A stretch of DNA of 64,000 nucleotides from Octopus vulgaris (Eukaryota), in contig OX597827.1 in NCBI GenBank assembly GCA_951406725.2, forward strand, positions 4,836,001-4,900,000, read 5' to 3'. Under the pieces are notes generated by a model. The model was not told the origin of the DNA and searched no databases. It was given only the letters and a program-made list of their open reading frames with translations. Positions 50,760 to 63,487 of this stretch are shown piece by piece. The position numbers and the translations under genes are program-made. Within the stretch, counting starts at the first letter, position 1, and every line of letters begins with the position of its first letter.

Positions 50760-52525
50760 GTGTCCCCTCCATTCTTTTAGATATGATAAACATAGTAAAT
50801 CTACAACACTCGCCAGTCACCTACATCATGTCAACAATACAAATATAGCCTATACTTTGTCATGGTCCATATTAGATTTAGAGCTTCCTTACCAAGTTCA
50901 ATTCTCAACCTGCAAGCCTTGCCTGAAGGAGGCACTCCACATACTAAAGTACAACTCTTCAACACTACTAAATAAACATGATGAGGCCCTAAGCACATGC
51001 AACCACTACATTTTTCATACCTTCAAATTCTACCACAAATCTAAATACCTAAATAACCACACAGTATATTTCCACAATACCCTGTAGGTAATCCCTAATA
51101 ACCTCTGAATCTCCATTTTAAATGCTAATCCTTATCCTTATCTAACTCACCTATTCTTACTTTAGGATCACAATCATTTAATTATGCATGTGTGTGTGTG
51201 TATGTATGTATATATACATATATATACATATATGAACATACAAACAGATACATGTGAGTATGTATGTGTATATGTATATGTGAGTATATATATATATGTG
51301 TGTGTGGGTGTGTATGTGTGTATATATATATATATATGTGCATGCAAACGAGTACATGTGAGTATGTATATGTATAGATATTTTATTTAAGTATGGATTT
51401 GTATGTGGGTATATGTAAATATATATATGTACACATATGTGCCTCTGTGTGTGCGTGCATGCATGTATATATATACACACATACATATGATTATACACAT
51501 GTGTGTATTTGCATGTATGCATTTATATATGCAAAAATTTATATATACGAAAATAGATGCGAATGAGTGTGTGTGTATATGTGTGAATGTTTGTGAACGT
51601 ACATGAGTTTGTATGTGTTGAAGTATGTATACGTCTATATATATATATATGTTGGTACGTATGTGTGTATACATATTCACAGATATACATTCTTTTCCTA
51701 CTTATCACTAACCTATCACTCATGTCTCTTTATAGCAACTTGACTTATATTCTTCATACCATCTCAATTTTTACTACCAAAGCAAATACCCATTTACACA
51801 TCACCCTACCCTTACCTGTTCGGTACTTTTCTATACCCATCCCTTAATGCAGTTCTATAACACCACCCCTGCTCACATACCCCATACTCTTTTACTCCTT
51901 ACCCTCTCATCTCTTCCTCTCTCTCCCCTCACCTCTCCCTCGTATCACTTTATCCTGACCACTAGCTAACACACTCTATCTCATTTCATTTAATTCCCTC
52001 TTTCTTCGTTTCTTTTTGTCTCCCTCCCTTTCTCCTTTTTCTTCTTCTTCCCATTCTCTTCCTGTTTTTGATTTGACTTATCTCCTCTTTCTAATCATAG
52101 ACATCTCTCCTCCCTTCATCTATCCATTAATATTACAAATACATTCCTAAATTTTAATTCACACCAAAAAAACTCCCTCAATCAAACAATAATGTTTACA
52201 AAGCTCTATGCTTGGAATGACCAATATAACTACCATTGGAACTCACAAGGTAGAAGAAACTTCTTCACCACTTATATACACTATTCTACTTGAATAATGG
52301 GACTGCAAATACATTATCCTTATGTATCTCACTTCTATTTTCATTCTCTTACTTCCCTCTGTATTTCATATCTTCTCGACAATAGTTAATACTCAAATGT
52401 TTTCTCACACTGTCTCTGATAAAGGAATATATAAAATATCCTGGAAACAGCTGTAAGACTTTTTCTTTATAAATGTTCTGAAAACTATTTACAGCTTTGG
52501 ACTTTTTATCTCATTCTATCAATTT
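50760..52525 (+). mobile_element. Penelope-like element 3' part (GIY-YIG C-terminus, UTR, hammerhead motif)
   Basis: HSFRYDKHSKSTTLASHL...LSWSIL...PY...CKPCLKEALHIL...LLNKHDEALSTCNH (compare STELSKY..WSIL..CNLCL.EK..LLNKRSE..CRH). Hammerhead motif at 52412-52459. Confidence 0.75.
52412..52459 (+). ncRNA. Minimal type I hammerhead ribozyme motif (one core mismatch)
   Basis: gtct-CTGATAA-aggaatat ataaa atatcct g-GAAA-cagctg-TA-agac. Stem I gtct/agac, stem II, palindromic stem III, GUA cleavage triplet. Confidence 0.7.
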
Positions 52526-52626
52526 ATATATAATATATATATAAGATATATATATATATATATATATAAGATATATATATATATATACGATGATGATGAT
52601 GATATATATATATATATATATCATAT

Positions 52627-52692
<66 letters not shown>

Positions 52693-53419
52693 TTTAGTAA
52701 CAGTCTTCCATCCAAGTTTTGAAAGGCAACTCCAAATCACCATACAATAACATCATACAAATACCGGTTGCTGACGTCACCTAACTCTAGACCAATCAAA
52801 ACCAAACTTCAGAAAATACAACAAAATGACCCTTTAAGGGAATCAACCAACCGAAACGACTGGGAAGCCAACCAGGCAGAACGACAAACTTGACCACCAC
52901 AAAAACAAGACATCACCAGTATTTTAATGAATTAAAAAGCAGATCTGGTCATGGAAAAAAATTATAAATACACCAGATTCCAAAACACACCTCTACAAAC
53001 AAAAATTCTTACACATGATGGAAAGAGGATTAGAGAAATTGTAAACCAAATACTTTCTTTTACCATCTCCATTTCTCCCTTGTTTCTTCCCTCTTAACTC
53101 AGTATGACTGAAACTTTGATGATATTTATTTCTTGTCCATCACTACTAACACTAATGAGCTTTGTACATTCAAACAAATCGATGTACAGTTTTAATATTA
53201 TTGACTCTTATGAACACTTAAACTTGTCAACATCGAAATTTTTTAACATGTTTCTCTAAATAATATATAGAAAAATAAAAGTTGAGTCAAGTCATTTTAC
53301 TCGACTTTACATCTGTCCACCACAAATAATGGAATCGTAAAATCACTAGGAAACCATTAAAAGCACATAAAAGCATGTTACTGTACACTAAATATATTAT
53401 ATATATATATATATAATGT

Positions 53420-53730
53420 GTTATGTATTTATGGAGAGAAATCCCATAAAACTCAACAATTTTGATAAAAGTGGAGAAGAGAAGATGTTAAAATATATAA
53501 GAGAATTTTAATCCATGCAGACTGAAGAGAATAGTGATATGTAATTAATTAAATTTAATATAATTAATTTAATTAATTCTATTCCACCGTAAATTTGCAC
53601 GAGTTTTATATTGCTGTATGAAATGCTCGTCTGCATGAATTAAAATTCTCTCATATATTTTAACATCCTCTCTTCTCCATTTTTATCAAAACTGTTGACT
53701 TTTATAGGATTTCTTTCCATAAATTCACAA
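53420..53730. repeat. Inverted repeat (about 100-bp arms) with a hammerhead-like core in the spacer
   Basis: 53427-53522 vs 53629-53724 are reverse complements. Spacer has CTGAAGA (53522), a gaatag/ctattc stem and GAAAtgctcGTC (53620-53631). Confidence 0.7.
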
Positions 53731-53809
53731 CAAACCATATACAGGTATTATTTTCATACTCGCAGTTATACATCGGCAAGCTACCAGCAAAATATGAAAA
53801 TATTTCTAT

Positions 53810-54098
53810 ATCGTGGCCGCTGCCAGCGCCGCCTCGACTGGCTTCCGTGCCGGTGGCACGTAAATTGCACCAATCCGACCGTGGCCGTTGCCAGCCTCGC
53901 CTGGCACCTGTGCGGGTGGCACGTAAAAAGCATCCACTACACTCACGGAGTGGTTGGTGTTAGGAAGGGCATCCAGCTGTAGAAACATTGCCAGATAAGA
54001 CTGGAGCCTGGTGCAGCCTTCTGGCTTCCCAGATCCCGGTCGAACCGTCCAACCCATGCTAGCATGGAGAACGGACGTTAAACGATGATGATGATGAT
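53810..54098 (+). mobile_element. RTE 3' UTR-derived short element, young
   Basis: CpG-rich, high identity to 33870-34159, (ATG)n tail. Confidence 0.87.
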
Positions 54099-54140
54099 TA
54101 GAAATCATTTTTGGAAAATTCTATCATACTCTCAATTTCG

Positions 54141-54710
54141 GTCCTCTGTGCTGATGACCTTGCTCCTACAGCTGAATATCTACCTGAACCCGAGAAGAAG
54201 TTCCAGGTATGGAAGCAAGGTCTAGAATCAAAGGGTCTTAGAGTTAACCTAGCCAAAACCAATGTCTTAATAAGTAGAAAGGCAGACAAATCACAAATCC
54301 CTTCAGGTAGATGGCCCTGCTTAATCTGTAGGAAAGGTGGAGGCAGAATCTCCATAAGATGTACCCAGTGTAAGCTTTGGTCACATAAAAGGTCTAGCAA
54401 CATCAGAGGAAGGTAACAGGGAAGCTAACTTTTGTACATGGAAGGTGCACAGGTACAATAAATGCTGAAAATGCACAGGAAATAGATTCCATTAACTTCC
54501 AGGGGGACAAGCTAGAGCTAGTAGATAGCTTCCATTATCTAGGTGACTAAGTTAGTAGTGGAGGTGGGTGCACCGAGAGTGTAACTGTGAGAATAAGATT
54601 AGGCTGGGCAAAGTTCAGAGAGTTCCTACCCCTGCTGGCAACAAAGGGCCTCTCTCTCAGAGTGAAAGGCAGATTGTTTGTTGCCTGTGTATGAACGGCT
54701 ATGCTGCATA
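54141..54710 (+). mobile_element. RTE-clade LINE RT fragment with a Cys-rich (PHD-like) insertion
   Basis: LCADDLA, WKQGLESKGLRVNLAKT, WPCLICRKG...IRCTQCKLWSHKR, LELVDSFHYLGD, RIRLGWAKFREFLPLL. Confidence 0.88.
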
Positions 54711-54800
54711 CATCTGTATTGACTTTTCTCATTGTTAATGCCATTCCCTATATAGGAACAAATGTAATTCTTTCCCAGATCAATTGCACTTAATATTTGA

Positions 54801-54880
54801 GGCTTTGATGATGCTATAAGTTGTTATTCAGGCACTCAACTATGAGTCTACTGCGTCTTATACTAGAAACAGCTGTAAAC
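54801..54880 (+). ncRNA. Degenerate hammerhead-like motif with extended stem II
   Basis: TTGATGA (54805)-tgc tataag...cttata cta-GAAA-cagctg-TA. Same stem III palindrome as 52412-52459, weak stem I. Confidence 0.4.
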
Positions 54881-54989
54881 TAATGAAGTTCATAAAATAA
54901 TCATTTATTCCTTTGCCATCTGTCTCTCTCATTTTCATTATACTAGAGGCCATCCTGTATCATTATGAAAAAGAAAACAACCCATGAGA

Positions 54990-55720
54990 GGAAATCACAT
55001 ATTCTGTGGTAGCTTTTTCAACATGACCAAATTCCCCCTCTGAACATTGATGAATGTCATACAGATTACTGAACTGCAGTATGTAGATGGCAAAGCTTTG
55101 CTCAAACATAAGGAGAGATGCAATAAATGGCCATCATCATTCAGGAAACCAAAGAATTCATACAACCTGCTCCAAGATCAGCACTCCAAGATTTCAACCT
55201 CATTTTCTCAAGCACTCTTTAGAAGCAGGTAGATCAATTCTTCTACCTTTCAAGTGTCCTCTCAATGCCACCCGACTCCAAAAGACATATGGTAAATAGG
55301 ATTTATGCTGGCCACATTGATTTTGGGTGATTATCATTATATCCAAAGCCACAGACCAAATTCATGGTGTATCATTTAATCCTTATGCAATGGATGTTCC
55401 ACATCCACAGCATTAAGGTAAATTGTTAATATATCAAGAAACATTGGCACTTTCACCGAAACAGTCTTTGATCAATCATGAACATTAAATGGGAGAACTA
55501 TGTTACCAACATAGTAACCCTTTGAGAAAATGTTATTGAAGCCACTACAGTCAAAGCTAGGCTCAGATGAATCGTAAGTAATACTAGGCTTCCATGTCAG
55601 ATTCTCAACAGCTCAATCAGTCTCGTAAGAGAACTCACAACTGTCATCTGTGATGCTAGAAAGTTCAGCTCAAACAGAATATGGAAAAGAAAAACATCAA
55701 CACATAAAGCTGCGATGAAC
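54990..55720 (+). mobile_element. Degenerate RTE/BovB-like RT fragment
   Basis: ITELQYVDGKALL (compare ELQYADDCAL), QVDQFFYLSSVLS, TKFMVY. Confidence 0.6.
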
Positions 55721-55739
55721 AAGCAGTAACTCGTTATAA

Positions 55740-57365
55740 TCTTTATATATAAAAGTGAGGTTGTCTGAGTGTCTGTCTCCTACGATTTAGATTCCTAACT
55801 ACTCCCACATTTTGCGGTGCAGTTTAACCAAAAGCGGGTATCTTATAGTCGTGATTCATATCGAGCTCTTCTGGGTATTAGCACGCGTCTACGATGAGTC
55901 TACGATTTAAAAAAAAATTTACCATCATTTTTTTCCATTTTAATGCATTTTTTTCGCTATTATATAAGAGAAGTAACTCTCTAAAAATGTCTATGATGAG
56001 TCTACGATTTTAAAAAAAATTTACCATCATTTTTTTCCGTTTTAATGCATTTTTTTCGCTATTATATAAGAGAAGTAACTCTCTAAAAATGTCTATGATG
56101 AGTCTACGATTTTTAAAAAAGTTTACCATCATTTTTTTCCATTTTAATGCATTTTTTTCGCTATTATATAAGAGAAGTAACTCTCTAAAAATGTCTATGA
56201 TGAGTCTACGATTTTTAAAAAAGTTTACCATCATTTTTTTCCATTTTAATGCATTTTTTTCGCTATTATATAAGAGAAGTAACTCTCTAAAAATGTCTAT
56301 GATGAATCTACGATTTTTAAAAAAATTTACCATCATTTTTTTCAATTTTAATGCATTTTTTTCGCTATTATATAAGAGAAGTAACTCTCTAAAAATGTCT
56401 ATGATGAGTCTACGATTTTTAAAAAAATTTACCATCATTTTTTTCCATTTTAATGCATTTTTTTTCGCTATTATATAAGAGAAGTAACTCTCTAAAAATG
56501 TCTATGATGAGTCTACGATTTTTAAAAAAATTTACCATCATTTTTTTCCATTTTAATGCATTTTTTTCGATATTATATAAGGAAAGTAACTCTCTAAAAA
56601 TGTCTATGATGAGTCTACGATTTAAAAAAAATTTACCATCATTTTTTTCCATTTTAATGCATTTTTTTCGATATTATATAAGGAAAGTAACTCTCTAAAA
56701 ATGTCTATGATGAGTCTACGATTTTTAAAAAAATTTACCATCATCTTTTTCCATTTTAATGCATTTTTTTCGCTATTATATAAGAGAAGTAACTCTCTAA
56801 AAATGTCTATGATGAGTCTACGATTTAAAAAAAAATTTACCATCATTTTTTTCCATTTTAATGCATTTTTTTCGCTATTATATAAGAGAAGTAACTCTCT
56901 AAAAATGTCTATGATGAGTCTACGATTTTTAAAAAAATTTACCATCATTTTTTTCCATTTTAATGCATTTTTTTCGCTATTATATAAGAGAAGTAACTCT
57001 CTAAAAATGTCTATGATGAGTCTACGATTTTTAAAAAAATTTACCATCATTTTTTTCCATTTTAATGCATTTTTTTCGCTATTATATAAGAGAAGTAACT
57101 CTCTAAAAATGTCTATGATGAGTCTACGATTTTTAAAAAATTTACCATCATCTTTTTCCATTTTAATGCATTTTTTTCGCTATTATACAAGAGAAGTAAC
57201 TCTCTAAAAATGTGTATGATGAGTCAACGATTTTTAAAAAAATTTACCATCATTTTTTTCCCATTTTTAATGTACTTTTTTGCTATTTTTTTACTATAAC
57301 TTTCTATAAATGCTTATATAGTTATTTCCCTTACAAACCCTAGCAACACCGGGCGATACTGCTAG
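55740..57365 (+). mobile_element. Non-autonomous Helitron H1 with an expanded internal tandem array
   Basis: A|TC start, CTAG|T end, same termini as 35801-36190. Confidence 0.92.
55888..57310 (+). repeat. Tandem array, about 102-bp unit x 14 (13 near-identical plus a terminal variant)
   Basis: gatgagtctacgattttt recurs about every 102 bp, giving a 34-aa periodic translation. Confidence 0.95.
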
Positions 57366-57777
57366 TATATATATATAAAACCATCTCAGATGTGGCAGAA
57401 ATATTTGGGGTGAAGCAGAGATGAAGATGACTAATAACAAAGACTAAAAGTTGATCAAACTCAATTAGGTCAAAATATATTTAACATGTCGAATATGCAT
57501 GGGCCAAAGTTTCGTGTGTTACTTTCTCTACAGTCACCAGAAATATCTCAATAAATGAGAAAAGGAAACAAGAAAGAAGGAAATGGTATCCTCTACTGTC
57601 TATAGGTGTATATATGCATGTATATGCATAAATACATACATATATAGACATACATATATGTAGATATATTTATTATATGTAGACATATATGCAGTGTATA
57701 TATATATGTATATACTAATACATATATACATGATTATATGCATGCATTCATATATATGCATAATGTGTGTGTATATG

Positions 57778-57820
<43 letters not shown>

Positions 57821-57823
57821 ATA

Positions 57824-57857
<34 letters not shown>

Positions 57858-57859
<2 letters not shown>

Positions 57860-57868
57860 CTATCTGAG

Positions 57869-57906
<38 letters not shown>

Positions 57907-58666
57907 TATCTGAGGTACATATATATATATATATATATGCTATCTGAGGTACCCGGTAATAAATTACCATTAATAAGATGTCTGTTTATAGCCATGAAAC
58001 ATTTTTCGTCAAAATTTGACATTTTTGCAAAAATTTGAAAATCTATATTAATGGGTCGGACCAATTTGACGAAAAAAACGAGCTGAGTTTGGTTGAGGAC
58101 CCGTGTCTCTCTCATTTTTTGTGCATGTGCATAAAATGGTGAAATTCCACACATTGGGGCAGATTTTATCAAATTGATGTCATGACGGCTAGTGTGCAAA
58201 ATGCCTAAATTTTGCTTGAGAAATAAAATGCTCTTACCTAATCAAAATCTGAAACACTGTGGAATTAAAACAGCAAATTGAAATAATAAGTTTTAGCAAA
58301 TCAAAACAATTCACATTGAAATGAAGAATTAGCAAATGCTAAATAGATTATCATTAATAAGCTTTCTGTTTATAGCCATAAAACATTTTTCGTCAACTTT
58401 CAGCATTTTTTGTCAAATTGATGTCACGATGGGTAGTGCGAAAAATACCAAAATTTTATGATTTTTGAAAAATTGATGCTGATTAAAAATCGATTTTTTT
58501 TTTATAAATTCCAAATGCGTAAGTGAGTGCATGGGCATAAGCCCCCTCCCCACACACACACATGTCAAGTTTCATCAAGGCCTGTTGGATAGTCTCGGAG
58601 GAGTTAAAGTAACAAATTCACAAACACACAAACATGCAATTCATTATTTTTGTCGTCGTTGTCATC

Positions 58667-58670
<4 letters not shown>
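57858..58670 (-). mobile_element. Helitron/DINE-like non-autonomous element with a triplicated terminus
   Basis: ctatctgaggtac occurs three times separated by (TA)n. Internal direct repeat cattaataag..tctgtttatagccat.aaacatttttcgtcaa (57968, 58352). aagtttcatcaa...ggaggagtt...acaaacacacaaac end typical of such elements. Confidence 0.55.
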
Positions 58671-58722
<52 letters not shown>

Positions 58723-58985
58723 CCTCATCATCATCATTTAACATCTGTTGTCCATGCTGGCTGGGTTGGATGGTTTGACCAGGGCTGGTAAGCTGGAAGG
58801 CTGCACCAAACTCTGGTCTTGTTTAGCATAGTTTCTGTGACTAGATACCCTTCCTAATGCCAGACACTCCAAGAGTGTAACAGTTGCCTTTATATGCCAC
58901 TGGCATGGGTGCAAGTTGTGTGACACCACCATCTGCAACAACTGCGATTACACTTGACCTGATGGGTCTTCTACTCAAGCAATGC
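58723..58985 (-). mobile_element. Old RTE 3' end
   Basis: catcatttaacatc...ccatgctggctgggttggatgg...cccttcctaatgcca...gggtcttctactcaagc. Confidence 0.75.
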
Positions 58986-59054
58986 ATATTTATCAATGAC
59001 TTATTTCAAGGACTCTTTCTAGCAGTGGTTTTGCTCATATATGAGAAAGCAGCC

Positions 59055-59098
<44 letters not shown>

Positions 59099-59339
59099 TA
59101 TATATATACACACAGATATATATATGTACACATATATATATGTATGTATATACACACATATATATATATGTACACACATATATGTATGTATGTATATATT
59201 CACACATATAATGTGTGTATTTACATATATTTATACATATAATTATAAACATGTACATGCATATGTGTACATATATAGTTTCATGTAATATATATATATA
59301 TATATACACACATACACAAGCACAAGCACATACATATAG

Positions 59340-59374
<35 letters not shown>

Positions 59375-61619
59375 CATATACATATACATATATATACACA
59401 CACATATATATGAACACACAGATATCATCATCATTGTCATTTAATATCCTCCTATACACTCTCTCTCTCACACACACACACACACATACACACACACACA
59501 CATGCACAAATATATATACATGTATATACATATGTATATGCATATATAGAAGTATGAAATATTCAAAACTTCATATCATTCCAATTGTTTCCGTGGCAAA
59601 CATTCATCACTTCAGTTGATGACTGAAATTTCGAATGAAACAGTTGGAAAATATCTGGGGGGAAAAAACCCACCAGAAATACATCATGGGAGAATATTTA
59701 TACAATGAGTGTTAACATATAAAGATAAGTAAAATAAAACAAAGAGAAAGAAGCATGAATGAACAAGTCTGTATATCTCTGTACATGGAGGCATTAGCAG
59801 CAGTATCAGGATAGGAAAAAAACTGTGGTTCTTGATAGGTTTGTGTGTGTGTCTGTGTCTGTGTGAGTGTGTGTGACATGCATATAAATGCACACATACA
59901 TACATTTATACATGCATACAGAGTGGAATATCCACACAAAAGTACTTGTATCTTTATATATATTATGTAAATACAACTATTATTGAAATAATTATTTACA
60001 TGGTAATAGTAATTAGCAAGCAACAAAATGAAATGCATAAAATTGGAGGAAAATAGTGTCATACCCCCATGACAAGTTTTCGCAAAAACTTTATTTGTGG
60101 ATATAAAAATAAAATGGATATTTTAATATTTTTTTTAAAAATAGTTATGATATTAAAAAGATCATTGCTAGAAATCTAAGGAGCAGGAGTAATTATTCTA
60201 ATTACTGGCAGTTAACTCTATGAGAAAGATGATTTTGATGCATTTGTAAGTTAAATTCCTAAGCATTTTTAGAACTTCAAGTTATTCAATAATATTTTAG
60301 ATGTTATGAGTATTTTCTATATACACAAATGATATTCACACTTTTCACACCCATATGATTTTACTGAACTTAGAATACCCCTGTTGAGTTTAAATTTGAT
60401 GACCTTACACCTGATGTTCCTTAGGTATTTTAAAAGGGATGTTAAATACTTTAATATGAGATTAGGGAAAGAGTGGTACTGCAAAGAATACTTGATTTTA
60501 AACAAATAGGACGTAAATCTATGTTGCCTAATCCCATTATGAGGAGTGACAGTACCTCAATATCCAATAATTTTTGTGAACAATATCCCTTAAGGAGATG
60601 ACATTGACTGGCAATTCTACAAATACATCTACTTTTGATATTTTTCAGGTTGATTTAACTATTAGTAGGTGATATTTGACATGGTGTGTTTGCAGTTGAT
60701 AAGATACCTTTGTCTATATCAGATATGATAGGTGCTGTTATATATTTGTATTTTACTATCATTGCTATTAATACTAGGCTTACTATTCTTGTAATTGGTA
60801 TTAGTTTGTTTTACATAGGTATCTTTATTTCATATAGGAACTACTAGAATCTGTCTCTGTTATCTTAAATGGCTGAATTCTAAAGTCATAGCTTCCATTA
60901 TAATAATATATAATAAATACTTATTAGTTCTATCCTTAATGCCTCTGTTCAGTTTATTATAAAGATAGCAGTGATATTAGCCAAATTTTGAGAAGTGGAG
61001 TAAAAAAGATTCATTGTACAAAATTTAAAAATTTGGTTGCATTTATGCTGTAGTGGGGAACTTCTTCCTAAGTACATTAAAAGACCCCTTAAGTATGCTA
61101 GTTTTAATTTAGGAGGTGCATTGAGGATTGTACCATATTACATTCCTCTTGCTCATTTTTTTTGTGCTCATTATACAAAAGTTTCTACTGTTCACATTAT
61201 TATTATTTTCATTGTTGCTGTCACATGTTGCTATCACATGTTAATTTAATTAATAGGAATGCTATCCTGAGGTTGTTTTGACAAGTTTCTTTAAATCTCA
61301 AGAATCTTTCTTGCCGTACCATCCTGTATTCTTACAGAATTCTTACAGAATACAGGATGGTACTTCTCTGCAAGTCAACAATATGTCTCAATTACAATGT
61401 GTTTTAGTCTCTTAGACATCAATTTAGATGCTGTTTTTGAGTGCACTAATTACCACAGAAGCAATCTTTGCCTTTGTGTCCCACAATCTCCCCATTTCTC
61501 TGGTTAGGTCCTGGTATTTCTCAACTCCTCTATTTCTTTGTTATCCAATCTTTATCATATGGTATTACAAAATCCATGATCTTGAATTATGTGTTATCAT
61601 TAATATAGTGGTGAGCAGG

Positions 61620-61818
61620 AAGAATTGTTATGATGTCTGATAAAATGCTTTACAGCATTCATTGTAGCTCTTTATATTCTGAGTTCAAACCACACCTGTG
61701 TCAACTTTGCCTTTCATTCTTTTGATAAACTAAAATACAAGTCAAGTACAGGAATCAATGGTATTACCTAATCTCCTCTTGTCAAAATTGCAGGCCTTAT
61801 GCCTAAATCAGAAACCAA
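61620..61818 (+). mobile_element. SINE family A, old copy with alternative tail
   Basis: ttctgagttcaaa...tcaactttgcctttcattc...aaaattgcaggccttatgcc. Confidence 0.7.
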
Positions 61819-63487
61819 TTATTCTATACTTGCTCTGTCACTCTGTCTCCCTCTCTGTCTCTCTCTCTATATATATATATTACTCACATACACACACTCA
61901 TGTGTGTGCACATGTACATGTTTTTGATTTGTAGTGGCAAATGAATAATAGTAAAGATTTGAATATTGGTAATATCCCATCAGTGATCACAATTCCTGAA
62001 CTAAGTTGCAGTAAGAATTGGCCATAAGCAAAAATGTTATCTCCAGTTTGTGTGTCTGTGTTTGTGCATGTATATATTTAAGAATGTGAACATATAGTTA
62101 TGTATGTTTGTGTGTGTAGATATATTTATGCATTTTGTACAAAAGACAAATAGTCCAATTGGACTAAAGTTAAGATGTTACTAAACATGTTCCCATAATC
62201 ACGCTGACACACAAACTTCAGAAACAATCTTATTTATTTAATATGGAAATTCATTTTCTACAAGTGCATGATTTTGTACAGAGATGATGAAAAATATCAT
62301 TTTAAGATTATCAATACTGAAAGTATAATAATGAAAAACAAATTATTTACAGAAATAGTTCATCTATATTAAAATATCATTTTCCAACAGGAAACAAGAT
62401 TTTACAGGTCTCTTCCTATAATTTAATAATAGTTAAAAAAAAATGGATTCAGTTTCATCTCAGGTCCAGACTTTATGTTTATGTTGGTCATGTGTTTTAT
62501 TCTTAAGAATTGGTAGTCAAGAGTGAAACTGACTGAGAAATGTAGAGAGTGAAGAAAAAATTCCTCAATTAACTTTGTGGAGATTGCATCAAATTAGTTG
62601 TGGTAAATTAATCAATCACTTTATCTTGAAGGTAAATATCTCCTTTGCAAACTCACTATTAATGAAGCCTTGATTTGAAATCAATACTCTAGCATATGTG
62701 GATGATAGATCCTAATAAGCGATTGCTTTAGATTGTCATACAGCAGTTTTCCTTTTTTGTAAATCATATATCTGTAATCAGTTTTGATGTGGGAGAGAAA
62801 AATGTAATCAGTTTTGATTTAGTGACAAATTGTGATCCTTTGCTTCTTGATTCTATCAATGATTTCATGGGGTGTCCATTTGCTTAATTTATTTCCCTTT
62901 TATGTTTGGTGCAAAATAGGTGAAATACCTTCATTACTAATGTAAGAATTTCTGTGAAATCTTCTTAAAGTCTTTATACAAAATGACTTATCTGTCTGTT
63001 CATATGTATGTATGTGTGTATGTGTGTTTGCATGTGTTCTGTATTTATACTTAGGTATAAGTATATACATACATATACATATATGTACATATGCAAATAT
63101 ATGTGTGTGTTCAAGTGGTTTTGTGTGTGTGTGTATGCACGTACACACACATCCATTTGTACATACAGAAGCATATATATGTACACACACACACACACAC
63201 ACACATACATACACACACACATTTTTCTGGGGAGCAGTAAATTTGTGTTGATGAATGTAATCAAGCAGAATGTAATTAACAGTTTCAGTTTCATTATTCT
63301 TCTAAGCTGAAAAATTTTAGTAAATGTATCCACACTTATCTTGGTTCATACTGATATATCCCTTACAATCTTTGTTTTCTATGGTATGTTGCAGAAAGGA
63401 TTGGATTGAGAATATTGATTCATCTTTATGAGTTTAAAGCCCTTGATAAGGCAGAATTTTGTTTATTGGAATGTTCCATTTTTTCAG

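Noticed and set aside
56010-57207. Long periodic ORFs on both strands (34-aa repeat)
   Set aside because: They arise from a 102-bp unit that is a multiple of 3, and homopolymer indels break the frames. They lie inside a Helitron and are not a gene.
55888-57310. CRISPR-like array
   Set aside because: Units are contiguous and near-identical with no unique spacers, there are no cas genes, and the context is eukaryotic.
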